DNA of 64,000 nucleotides from a bacterium (GTDB taxonomy: Bacteria > Desulfobacterota > DSWW01), in the NCBI GenBank assembly GCA_040756235.1, contig JBFLZG010000087.1, positions 1 to 64,000 of the forward strand. The letters run 5' to 3'. Every line of letters starts with the position of its first letter. The stretch's first letter is position 1. Shown in pieces: positions 28,391 through 37,408 of this stretch. The notes beneath the pieces were generated by a model that was given only the letters and a program-made list of their open reading frames with translations, was not told the origin of the DNA and did not search any database. A program made the translations under genes and the position numbers.

Positions 28391-29707
28391 ATGAAGAAGG
28401 CGCAGAATGTCGTTCTTTGGACTTTCATGCTCTCGTGCCTCGGCACGTTCGTCGTCCTGTGCGGCTGCGGAGGAGGCGGGGACGGATCCGATTCCGCGGC
28501 TGTCGATTCCCCGGACCCGCCGGGTACGCCGAACCCGCCGGGTACGCCGAACCCGCCGCCGCCGGGCGATCCGACCTGGACCGCTCGGGCCCCTTCGGTC
28601 ATCAACGCGGCGGCGTTGCCCGGTCCCGTCGACCAGCACTATTGCAGCGGCGGCAGAAGAATCGTCCGCATCCGCGATACCGTGCTGGCCCTGACGCCCG
28701 ACATGAGCGGCGAGAGGACGTACCGATCTTCGGACGGCGTGAGCTGGGAAGAGATCGATGCGAACCTCGCCTTCTCGGGGAGCCTCATCTCCGGGCCGGG
28801 CGACTACGTCTATCATTTCTTTCATTCCGGTGAGTCTGTCCGCATGGTGAAGTACCGTTATCAGGACGACCCCCCGGACCCGGTCGCCATCTATTCGAAC
28901 CCGAACGTCTCCCCGACCGCCACGGGCGTGTACCGCTCGGTCAATGCGATCGTCGATTCCGCCGGAAGCTTGTACGTAGCCGCCCACTGGGGCTCCCCGG
29001 ACCAGATGGTTCTTCTGAGGTCAGACGACGAGGGGGCGAGCTGGAGCGGCCCGTTCCCCCTGAGCTCAGGGCCCGGGCCGTGGTACTACCCCCATCTCGA
29101 GCTGACTTCGGACGACGTGCTGGTGTGCGTGTACGATCGCTTCACCCAGCCCACGATGATGTTCGCCCGCTCCCTGGACCGGGGCGAGAGTTGGACCCGA
29201 ACCGTGCTGAACGATCAGGATTCGATCCGCAACGGATCGATCCTCACGGTCGGGAGCTCCGATCTGTTCGTCTTTGCCCAGAGCACGCTCTCCGGCATCC
29301 AGGGGCTGGTCTTCAATCATTCCTCCGATGGAGGGAACACCTGGGACGGCTGGTCCCTGATCGATCCCACCTGCGGCTATGCCGATCCCTCGCCCGCCCT
29401 GGGCAGCGACGGGACCCTCTATGTCGCGTACCGGAGCAGCAACGGCACCGGTGTGACGGCGGCGGGGTGCGGGAACCAGACCCGCGAGCGCGTGGCGATG
29501 TCCGCCGACGGCGGGCTCAGCTGGACCTTCCCGGACAACCATTACGACGCGGAGCGCGTGGGGACGCGGTCGCAGATGCGCTATCAGACGTGGTTCAACT
29601 ACGGCGGCCCGCTGGAGTGGATCTGGATGCAGTATGAAGGCGGCGGGGCCCAACACCGCACCTATTACGACGTGAACGACGGCGTGGAGATTCGGAACCT
29701 GCAATGA
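28391..29707 (+). CDS. Lipoprotein with BNR/Asp-box repeats (sialidase-like beta-propeller)
   Basis: Lipobox LCGC-GGGG; Pro-rich linker; SSDGVSW, SDDEGASW, SLDRGESW, SSDGGNTW, SADGGLSW. Confidence 0.8.
   Translation: MKKAQNVVLWTFMLSCLGTFVVLCGCGGGGDGSDSAAVDSPDPPGTPNPPGTPNPPPPGDPTWTARAPSVINAAALPGPVDQHYCSGGRRIVRIRDTVLALTPDMSGERTYRSSDGVSWEEIDANLAFSGSLISGPGDYVYHFFHSGESVRMVKYRYQDDPPDPVAIYSNPNVSPTATGVYRSVNAIVDSAGSLYVAAHWGSPDQMVLLRSDDEGASWSGPFPLSSGPGPWYYPHLELTSDDVLVCVYDRFTQPTMMFARSLDRGESWTRTVLNDQDSIRNGSILTVGSSDLFVFAQSTLSGIQGLVFNHSSDGGNTWDGWSLIDPTCGYADPSPALGSDGTLYVAYRSSNGTGVTAAGCGNQTRERVAMSADGGLSWTFPDNHYDAERVGTRSQMRYQTWFNYGGPLEWIWMQYEGGGAQHRTYYDVNDGVEIRNLQ
28515..28558 (+). repeat. In-frame 18-bp tandem repeat (about 2.4 copies) encoding the PPGTPN linker
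   Basis: ACCCGCCGGGTACGCCGA x2 plus a partial copy. Confidence 0.9.
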
Positions 29708-29722
29708 TTCGGGTTCTTCACA

Positions 29723-29816
29723 CCTTCTCCCCTCGTCGAGGGGAGAAGGCCAGGATGAGGGGTGAGCGTGCTCCAGTGTCCCTGACCCTCTCCCCCGTCC
29801 AGCGGGGGAGAGGGGA
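29723..29816. repeat. CCCTCTCCC/GGGAGAGGG-type palindromic dimer between convergent genes
   Basis: CCTTCTCCCCTC-GTC-GAGGGGAGAAGG..GGATGAGGGG and CCCTGACCCTCTCCCCCG..CGGGGGAGAGGG. Confidence 0.7.
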
Positions 29817-29902
29817 TGCATCTTGCGACGGCCCCTCAGGACGCCGGAACGGGCGCAGCGAGCACCGCCGTTGCAGGCTGGGGATCGGCGCGCCGGGTTT
29901 TC

Positions 29903-30017
29903 CGTCATTCCGGCGCAGGCCGGGGTCCGGTCCCTGTATCCCATGATTTCCGCTGGTTGCGGTAGTACCCTTCTGGATCCCGGCTCACACGCGCTCCGCA
30001 CATGGGCCGGGATGACG
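29903..30017. repeat. CGTC-type palindromic element
   Basis: CGTCATTCCGGCGCAGGCCGGGGTCC...CTGGATCCCGGCTCACACGCGCTCCGCACATGGGCCGGGATGACG. Confidence 0.85.
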
Positions 30018-30063
30018 GTGGTACAGAGGGATTGCCGCTTGCGCGGGAAGGACGTGCTCTGGG

Positions 30064-31176
30064 CTATCCGGGGAGGGGCTGCAGGGCAGGAAGAGGTGCG
30101 AGCAGGCGCTCCGGGTACGCGTCCAGAAATCCATTGTGACGCAGCCATGCGGCCGTCGTGCGGAGTCCGGCGGCCACGTCCACGCGAGGGCGAAAACCGA
30201 TTCTCTCCTTTGCCTTGCAGGTGCTGTAGAGCGCGTTGCGGCTGAAGAGCCTCAATTCCGCAGGGGACGGGGTCGTCCGGATCGCCCTCTCGGCCCCTCT
30301 CATCAGGGCATTCGCCAGCCCGAAAGCCGATGCGATCTTCTTCAGAGGCACCGCATGGTGCTGCCGCAGGTAGCGCCCCAGAGACCGCACCGGCTGCATG
30401 GCGGCCGTGCGCAGGCTCGAATGGAATCCCTTGAGCTCCCGCAGCGCGGGCAAGCCCAGCTCTTCGTTGAACCGGAAGAAGTACTCGTTCCACGTGAGCA
30501 CTTCCGGGCCGTTGATGTTAAACGCCTCGCCGATGGCCTCGGGGCGCTCGACCGCGCAATAGACCGCGCGCACGAGGTCGTCGACGTACAGGAGGTTGCA
30601 CTTGCCTTCGCCGTGCCCCTCGAGCCGGCCCCAGACGCCCTGCAGGAGCCTTTCGGCCATGGACACGGTCCAGTTGCCGCTGTAGGGACCGTACACGATC
30701 GTGGGCCTCAGCACGGTTAGGGGCAGGCCCTTTTCCAGGAATTCCCAGCAGGCCTTTTCCGCCTCGATCTTCATCTCGCTGTACGCGGTTCCGGTCGAGC
30801 ACAGGGGAGCGCTCTCGTCGATCTCGCCCTCGACTTCACCGTACACGTCTGCCGTGCTCAGGTGCAGGAACCGTTTGACCCCTTGAGCGAGCGCAGCGGC
30901 CAACAGGTTGCGGGTGCCCAGGACCGTTTCCTCCCGGCTGCCCTTCGCGCAGTGCACGACCGTGGAAACTCCTTGCAGGGCGGCCTCGAGCGCCTTCCTG
31001 TCCAGCAGGTCGAACAGGCAGATCTCGACCGGAAGCCGTCCGAGCCTGGCGCAGCTCGACCAGCGCCGTACGCCGGCGCGCACCGGCACGGCTCTTGTCA
31101 GGAAAAAGACCTCGACGATGCGCCCGCCGATGAATCCGCTGGCCCCGGTCACGAGCACTCTCTCGGAATCACACAA
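30064..31176 (-). CDS. NAD-dependent epimerase/dehydratase
   Basis: VLVTGASGFIG; YSEMK (YxxxK); LRPTIVYGP; YVDDL. Confidence 0.92.
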   Translation of the reverse strand: MCDSERVLVTGASGFIGGRIVEVFFLTRAVPVRAGVRRWSSCARLGRLPVEICLFDLLDRKALEAALQGVSTVVHCAKGSREETVLGTRNLLAAALAQGVKRFLHLSTADVYGEVEGEIDESAPLCSTGTAYSEMKIEAEKACWEFLEKGLPLTVLRPTIVYGPYSGNWTVSMAERLLQGVWGRLEGHGEGKCNLLYVDDLVRAVYCAVERPEAIGEAFNINGPEVLTWNEYFFRFNEELGLPALRELKGFHSSLRTAAMQPVRSLGRYLRQHHAVPLKKIASAFGLANALMRGAERAIRTTPSPAELRLFSRNALYSTCKAKERIGFRPRVDVAAGLRTTAAWLRHNGFLDAYPERLLAPLPALQPLPG

Positions 31177-32179
31177 GGACGGCCTCCAGGTGTTCGTTCC
31201 AGGGCAGGGCGAAACGGGACCGATCCTGATAACACGCCTCGATCCACTCGATCGAAGGGATGACCTCGGCTCCCGGAACGAGGGGCGGCTTCCCCTTCGA
31301 GATCACGTCCATGAAGTTCAAGAAGACCGGCTGGACGAAGTCCGCGTAGAGCTTTGGCCCCGAGGGGAGGCGGATCTTCTTCACGGTGCCGTTGCGCGCG
31401 CGCCGGATGAGCCGATCCCACCCGTAGGCGGTCCCCTCCAGTGAGCCCTGCTCGCACTCGATGCGGAAACGGCTCGGCAGGTCGAACAGGCGGTTGAGCC
31501 GCACTTCGATCGTGCAATCGCCCTTGCGGGCTCGCAGGTGGCATATGGATTCCGGTCCCCCGAAAGAATCGTCTTCATAGGAAAGCAGCTCGGGACGGCC
31601 TTGGAGCCACCAGCAGATCAGATCGAGCACGTGCGGGCCGACGTCCAGCAGGACGCCGCGATCCGAATGTCGAGGGTCCACGTAAAAGCCGGTGGCGCTC
31701 GGCCATGCGAAAGCGCACGCCTCGAAGTACCGCACGGAGCGAACCCTGCCCAGCTCGCCCGCCGCAAGGAGCTCCTTGATCTTGCGATGCGAAGGAAACA
31801 GCCTGCGCGTGTTGTTGACGGCCAGGGCCGCGCGGCTCGCCACGGCCGCGCGGACCATTGCGCGAGCTTCCCGGGCCGACTCGGCGAGCGGCTTCTCGCA
31901 CAGGACGGGCCGCCCCTTGCGCAGAAAATCCATGGCAATCGGGTGGTGGAGCCGATGGGGAACGCACAGCACGGCGCCGTCCACGCGATCCAGGATCTCC
32001 CGATGGTCTTGCGCAATGCGAACGCCCGGGAGGCGGCTCCGGAGACTCTCGGCCTGAGCGAGGTTGCGGTCGACGAGGTAGAGGTTGTGGCAGATCTCGG
32101 GCAGACGCCTCAGAATCGGCAGATAGTAGCGTTCTGTTACGGCCCCGCAGCCGACGAGCCCCAGGCGAATGTCTTTCAT
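31169..32179 (-). CDS. Gfo/Idh/MocA family oxidoreductase
   Basis: GLVGCG; VLCEKPLA; GVLLDVGPHVLD. Confidence 0.92.
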   Translation of the reverse strand: MKDIRLGLVGCGAVTERYYLPILRRLPEICHNLYLVDRNLAQAESLRSRLPGVRIAQDHREILDRVDGAVLCVPHRLHHPIAMDFLRKGRPVLCEKPLAESAREARAMVRAAVASRAALAVNNTRRLFPSHRKIKELLAAGELGRVRSVRYFEACAFAWPSATGFYVDPRHSDRGVLLDVGPHVLDLICWWLQGRPELLSYEDDSFGGPESICHLRARKGDCTIEVRLNRLFDLPSRFRIECEQGSLEGTAYGWDRLIRRARNGTVKKIRLPSGPKLYADFVQPVFLNFMDVISKGKPPLVPGAEVIPSIEWIEACYQDRSRFALPWNEHLEAVLV

Positions 32180-32560
32180 GGCGGATCCGGCAGCTCCATG
32201 AGGATGGTAATTCGATTCTTGGACGCTTCACAGGGCGTGAGGTTTCGCCGCCTGGGCCTGATTCCCTCCAAATCCGGCTTTCGCTGTATCTAAGTAGATG
32301 CCGGGATGAGTAGACCAAGGTATCCATTACGAATTGCCCTGGCCGGCAGCGACGTGGCGACCTGCTGCAAATTAACGGAAATTGCGAGGGCCGAAGGTCC
32401 GTGGAAACCCTCCGGTTCCGGGGAGATCGCCACGCTCGGAACGGGCAGCCGTGGTCGGTGGACACGCCTTCGGCTTGGTCCACCCGACCGAGTGCTCGCG
32501 CCGCTCGCTCGCGACAATTCACCATCTTGGCCCATCGGTTGCCACGCCTGGGGAGAGGGC

Positions 32561-33715
32561 ATGACCCGAATACGGATGGTCCACGTCCGGGACAGCAGTG
32601 GCATCTATGGGGCGGAGAGAGTCATCCTCGGAACCTCGGTATGGCTCCGCAGCATGAACGTGGAACCCGCGATCGTATCGGTCCTGAGCGGTTCCCGTTC
32701 AGGGATGCCTCTCATCGAGGAGTCCAGGCGCCTCGGGCTCAGGGCCGAGGCGCTGCCCGCGCGCCACACCCTGGATCTCAGGGCCATCGGCCGGCTGCGA
32801 GGCATTCTGAAGGCCTGGCGCCCTCATGTCGTTCACGCCCACGATCTGCGCTCCGCCGTGTTCGGGCTGACGGCCTCGATCGGGCTGCCGCTGGCCACCG
32901 TTGCCACGGCCCACGGCTCGACCTGCGAGAGCCTCCGCAAACGGGCCTATCTGACCGTATTCGAGCGGCACCTGCTGCCGCGTTTCGATCGCGTGCACGC
33001 GGTCAGCGCCTCCCTGGCCGGTCATCTCCGCGCCGCGGGAGTTCCTGCGGGAAAGATCCGGATCATCCCCAACGGCGTGGACGAGGCGGTCGTGGTGCGC
33101 CCTGCCGGCTCGAATCCGCTGGAACCGCTCAAGGGGAGCCCGACTCTGGGCGTGGTCGGCAGGCTGACCGTGGACAAGGGGCTCACGGTTCTCCTGCGGG
33201 CTCTCGCGTCCCTCAAGGGAGCGCTGCCCGGAATCCGGGTGCTGCTGGCCGGCTCGGGACCTCAGGAGGAGGCATTGCGCAGGGAGGCGCGGAGGTTGGA
33301 GATCGCCGATCGCGTGACGTTTTGCGGCCGCGTGAGCCCGGTCGCCTGGGTCTATCATGCGGCCGATCTCGTGGTGATCCCGTCGCTCCGGGAGGGGCTG
33401 CCCTGCGTGCTGCTGGAAGCCATGATGGCCGCCCGGCCGGTGGTGGCCACACGGGTCGGCGCCATCCCGCAGGTGCTGGCCCAAGGGGAGTTGGGCAGGC
33501 TGGTGCCCCCTTCCGATGCGGAGGCGCTGGCACGAGCGATTCTGGAGGCTTGCCGAGACGGGAGCGCCAGCCGGGAGATGGCCGAGAAGGCGCAGGCTGT
33601 CGCGCGCGGGGAGTACAGCGCCCGGATCATGTCCGCCAGGATCCGGGCGCTGTACGAAGAGCTTGCTCCTGCGAAGACCGCGGGAACAGAGCTCGAACGG
33701 GCTGTGGAATCATAG
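32561..33715 (+). CDS. GT4 glycosyltransferase
   Basis: YGAERVI; IIPNGVD; GRLTVDKG; PSLREGLPCVLLEAM; ATG at 32561 after GGAGAGG. Confidence 0.92.
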   Translation: MTRIRMVHVRDSSGIYGAERVILGTSVWLRSMNVEPAIVSVLSGSRSGMPLIEESRRLGLRAEALPARHTLDLRAIGRLRGILKAWRPHVVHAHDLRSAVFGLTASIGLPLATVATAHGSTCESLRKRAYLTVFERHLLPRFDRVHAVSASLAGHLRAAGVPAGKIRIIPNGVDEAVVVRPAGSNPLEPLKGSPTLGVVGRLTVDKGLTVLLRALASLKGALPGIRVLLAGSGPQEEALRREARRLEIADRVTFCGRVSPVAWVYHAADLVVIPSLREGLPCVLLEAMMAARPVVATRVGAIPQVLAQGELGRLVPPSDAEALARAILEACRDGSASREMAEKAQAVARGEYSARIMSARIRALYEELAPAKTAGTELERAVES

Positions 33716-33719
33716 GGTC

Positions 33720-34111
33720 CGTCATCCCGGGGGCAACGGGATTCCCGCGTACAAGGCGGAGTCATAACCCCGGTCAGACCCTCATCCGACCGCCCCTCCC
33801 GGAGGACTCCGCGGCGGCCACAGGGCAGACGCGGTACGCTCGTTTCCGTCATCCCGGCGGAGGAGGCTGTGTCGCAAGCCGATCAGAGCCTGCTCCTGTC
33901 TTTTCGTCACCCCGGCGAAGGAGGCTGTGTCATAAATCCGGTCAGACCTCGTGCGAGCACTCATTCCGGAGGACTCGGAGGCGCGGCCGCATGATTTCCG
34001 TCATTCCGGCGAAGGCCGGAATCCAGTCCCTGCGCCCAGTTACCACAGCTGGTCCTGGTGCACCCTTCTGGATCCCGGCTCCCACGCGCTCCGCACAGGG
34101 CCGGGATGACG
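33720..34111. repeat. Composite repeat region between convergent genes (CGTC arms, degenerate duplication, one full dimer)
   Basis: CGTC arms at 33720, 33847 and 33905; full dimer at 33999-34111. Confidence 0.8.
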
Positions 34112-34173
34112 AAAACGGGGCACAGCCTCGTAAGCGGGAAGGGCGACCCGGCGGGACTGCGACACGGCTGCTC

Positions 34174-36462
34174 TCACGGCTGCCCGCCTTTCCCGCCCGT
34201 CGAGAGCCCGCCGAGCAGCTCCTCCGCCTCCTTGGCCTCAGGGAACTTCGGGTTCAGCTCGAGCGCCTTCCGCAGGCTCGCGCGTGCCTCGTCCGCTTGG
34301 CCGAGGGATGCAAGGGAAACCCCCAGGTGGTAGTGAACGGTCGGGTTGTCGGGAACCTGGGCGAGAGCCTCCTCGAAGAGGTTCTTCGCCTTCTGATGGA
34401 ACCCCCTCTTCGCATAGACCCACCCCAGAGTGTCTGCGGCAAGAGGGCTGTCCGGCAGTCTGTCCCGGGCCTTCTCGGCCAGCAGGATGGCCTTCTCCGG
34501 ATTGTCCTTCTCCTCGACCCAGATCCAGGCGAGATTGTTCGCTGCCGGTCCGAAATCCGGATTCACCTTGAGCGCCTCCTCGTACCGCTCCATGGCCTCA
34601 TCGGTCCTGCCCATCGATTCCAGGATCATGCCGGTGAGCATGAGAATGGATGGGGTGCCCGGCCGGCTCTTGTCCAATGCCTCGTAGAGCTCCAGCGCCT
34701 TCTTCTGCGCCCCCTGTCGCACGTACACCTGGCTCAGGGCGATGTAGGAGTCCAGAACGTTCGGATCCTCTTCGATGGCCGTTTTCAGGTAGGCCTCCGC
34801 CTGGTCCAGGTCGTTTCCGACCAGGGAGATCTTGCCGAGCAGGTTGTGAAAGAGCGCCTTGTGCTCCATCTTCGGCAGGTGTTCCTCTATCCATTTGCGG
34901 GCGGCCTCGGGCCCTTGACGGGCGAGCTCGATTTCCGCGATCCGGATCACGGCTTCCTGGGAGGTCGGGTCCAGCACGAGGGTTTGCCGGAAGGCCTCTT
35001 TCGCCTCGTCCGGCCTGCCCATGCCGAGGAGCACTCTTCCCAGCTCGAGGGGCAGGTTCTTCTCGGCGGGATGTTCCTTTCTCAGCCCCTCGAGAAACGC
35101 TATCGCCTCATCGAATCGATTCTGCCTGCGCAGCGACTCCGCGTGCACGAGGACCGCGGGTCCGTCATACGCTTCCCCGGACAGCAGGGGGCGGACCACC
35201 TCGTCAGCGAGCTCCGGCTGTCCGGCCTTGAGATAGACCTCTCCCAGGGCGCGCCGGCTCTGGGCCAGCCCGGGGTCCAGCTCGAGGGCCTTCTTCAGAC
35301 TCTGGACGGCGAGGTTCCCCTGGCCCGCCGTCGCGTAGCACAGACCCAGGAAGTGATGGCCGATGGCCAGCCCGGGCGCCCTCTGGATCGCCTCCTCGAA
35401 CCGCTTCTGAGCCTTGGCGAATTCCTGTTTCCCGAATTCGATGCGGCCCTGGAGGACGAGTCCTTCCGGATGACCGGGGTCTTCCTGCAGGATGTCGCGG
35501 GTGATCTTCTCGGCCGACTCGGTGCGGTTTCCGTTCAGGTAGAAATCCGCAAGGACCACCCGGTTCAGGACGCTCCGGGGCTCATGCGCGACCGCGGCCT
35601 CCAACTCCTTCCCCGCCTCCTCCCGGCTTCCCCGTGCCAGGTAGATGCGGCCGAGCAAGAGATGGAAATCCCCGTTCTTCGGATCGGCCTCCAGACCCTG
35701 CATGCAGGTTTCCGCAGCCTCCGAGAGCATGCGCTGCTCGAAATAGACCTGCGCAAGGGTCAGCCGCTTGCCGAGGTTGCTCGGCGATCGTTCGGAGGCC
35801 GCCTTGGCCAAGGCGAGAATCTTGTCCCTTCTGCCCTGCTTGGCGTACAAGTTCAGCAAGGCCTGTTCGGCTTCCAGGGAATCCGGAAATCGATCCATGA
35901 GCTTTGCATACGCTGCTTCCGCCTCATCCAGGGAGCCTTTCAGCTCCAGAAGCTTGGCCCTGGCGAACTGCGGGAGCATCTCTCTGGGCGCGATCTCCAG
36001 GGCTTTCTGGAAAGCCGCCTCCGCGTCGGTGTGGTTCTTTTCCAGAAGATGGGCGTTGCCCAGCATGACCCAGGCGTTCCAGTCCGCGCTGTCCTTCTCG
36101 ATGAGGCGCCTGGCGGTCTCGCTGGCCTCTTCCGACTTCCTGAACAGGAGGTAGAGGTTGCCGATCTGGATCTGGGCGTCGCGGATATCGGGATCCAGAT
36201 GCACGGCCTGGGAGAGGGCTCGATAGGCCTCCTGGACTTTGCCGAGCCTCATGTAGCTCAGCCCGAGCCTGTAGTGGCCCATCGCGCTCTCCGGATCGAG
36301 CTGGACCACGTTTCTGAACTCGATCACGGCTTCGGCGTATTTGCCCTGGTTGAAGTACTCCTGGCCGCTGATCAGGAACTTCTCCTTCTTTTTGGACTTG
36401 TCTCCGGTGCAACCGCAAAAGGCGATCCAGAAGCACAAGAGAATCGAGAGCATTCGGCGCAT
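34174..36462 (-). CDS. TPR-repeat lipoprotein, PrsT-like
   Basis: GAAGGAGAGG RBS; lipobox FCGC; AVIEFRNVVQLDP; TPRs throughout; C-terminal NNLAW..DTLGWVY..YHLG. Confidence 0.88.
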   Translation of the reverse strand: MRRMLSILLCFWIAFCGCTGDKSKKKEKFLISGQEYFNQGKYAEAVIEFRNVVQLDPESAMGHYRLGLSYMRLGKVQEAYRALSQAVHLDPDIRDAQIQIGNLYLLFRKSEEASETARRLIEKDSADWNAWVMLGNAHLLEKNHTDAEAAFQKALEIAPREMLPQFARAKLLELKGSLDEAEAAYAKLMDRFPDSLEAEQALLNLYAKQGRRDKILALAKAASERSPSNLGKRLTLAQVYFEQRMLSEAAETCMQGLEADPKNGDFHLLLGRIYLARGSREEAGKELEAAVAHEPRSVLNRVVLADFYLNGNRTESAEKITRDILQEDPGHPEGLVLQGRIEFGKQEFAKAQKRFEEAIQRAPGLAIGHHFLGLCYATAGQGNLAVQSLKKALELDPGLAQSRRALGEVYLKAGQPELADEVVRPLLSGEAYDGPAVLVHAESLRRQNRFDEAIAFLEGLRKEHPAEKNLPLELGRVLLGMGRPDEAKEAFRQTLVLDPTSQEAVIRIAEIELARQGPEAARKWIEEHLPKMEHKALFHNLLGKISLVGNDLDQAEAYLKTAIEEDPNVLDSYIALSQVYVRQGAQKKALELYEALDKSRPGTPSILMLTGMILESMGRTDEAMERYEEALKVNPDFGPAANNLAWIWVEEKDNPEKAILLAEKARDRLPDSPLAADTLGWVYAKRGFHQKAKNLFEEALAQVPDNPTVHYHLGVSLASLGQADEARASLRKALELNPKFPEAKEAEELLGGLSTGGKGGQP

Positions 36463-36702
36463 GGAGCATCCCTCTCCTTCGCAGCTGGTTGGTCGGTTAC
36501 CTGCCCGCAAGGCAGGGCTCATCGTAACATCGGGCTGGAAACAAGCCAACGGATCGAACGCGGTCCGGTGCGGTCCGGGGAGCGGGAGCCACAGCCCTGC
36601 CGTCCGGAAGACTGCGGGCGGTGGTCACGAGAAAGCCGCTCGCGGTCTTCCGGGAGCCGCGCCGTCGGCAGCGCTCTTCCCCGTCCATGGCACGTCTCGG
36701 CT

Positions 36703-37401
36703 TCAACAGGCGTGATCCTCGACATGCGGGATGGTCCTGCGAAAGAGGATTCCCAAGATTCTGTCGGTCTTGACCAGGCAGCGGATCTTCCAGCCACTCC
36801 GGAGCGCCGCTTTTCTCTGTGAGACATTGGACTTTGCGGCCGAGGTCACGAGTGCTTTCATCCCGAGAGCCCGTGCTTTCAGCACAACCGCATTGTACAG
36901 AGCGCTCAATATCCTGTTCCCCCTGAATTCCTTGGCCACCGCTCCACGGTAGGTGAAGCCCGTCCGGCTCCCCAGGTCGATCCACTTGTCTCGAGTCACC
37001 AGTCTGAACTCAAACCCTGGGAAATACGTCGGCCGGGTCGTGAGCCAAATCGTGCCGATGACCTCTTGACCGTGCATGGCGACAAACCCGTGCTCTCCGT
37101 TGCGCAGCCTGCACTCGACGTTTCCCGGGGTCAGATCAGCGGCCAGGGCGGACAGATCCGCCGGAGCCTTCAGCTCTTCGACTTCAACCTGCAGGCTGGA
37201 ACCGATCCGGGGATCGTAGGTCATCTCGAGAGGTTGGAGCTCATAGAGATAGCCTTCGTTCGTGAGGTAAACCAGCTCCTTCAGAAAAACCAGCACCCGA
37301 ATGCCGAGCCTTGGCCAGCCTTCGTCCTTGACGACGCGGCGAAGCCTGTTCCATTTCTCGCGCCGGTAATGGGAGACGGCCGCCGCCTCGTTCATCGTCA
37401 C
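36703..37401 (-). CDS. GNAT-like acetyltransferase
   Basis: VAKEFRGNRI acyl-CoA-binding-like motif; SNVSQRK..GW; paralog at 42929-43600. Confidence 0.7.
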   Translation of the reverse strand: MTMNEAAAVSHYRREKWNRLRRVVKDEGWPRLGIRVLVFLKELVYLTNEGYLYELQPLEMTYDPRIGSSLQVEVEELKAPADLSALAADLTPGNVECRLRNGEHGFVAMHGQEVIGTIWLTTRPTYFPGFEFRLVTRDKWIDLGSRTGFTYRGAVAKEFRGNRILSALYNAVVLKARALGMKALVTSAAKSNVSQRKAALRSGWKIRCLVKTDRILGILFRRTIPHVEDHAC

Positions 37402-37408
37402 CCGCCTC

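Noticed and set aside
32355..32370. TGGCGACCTGCTGCAA sigma54-like sequence
   Set aside because: GG-to-GC spacing is 9 nt, not the required 10.
32401..36822. 1473-aa plus-strand ORF
   Set aside because: Out of frame with the GT4 gene and antisense to the TPR gene; no recognisable motifs; a high-GC shadow ORF.
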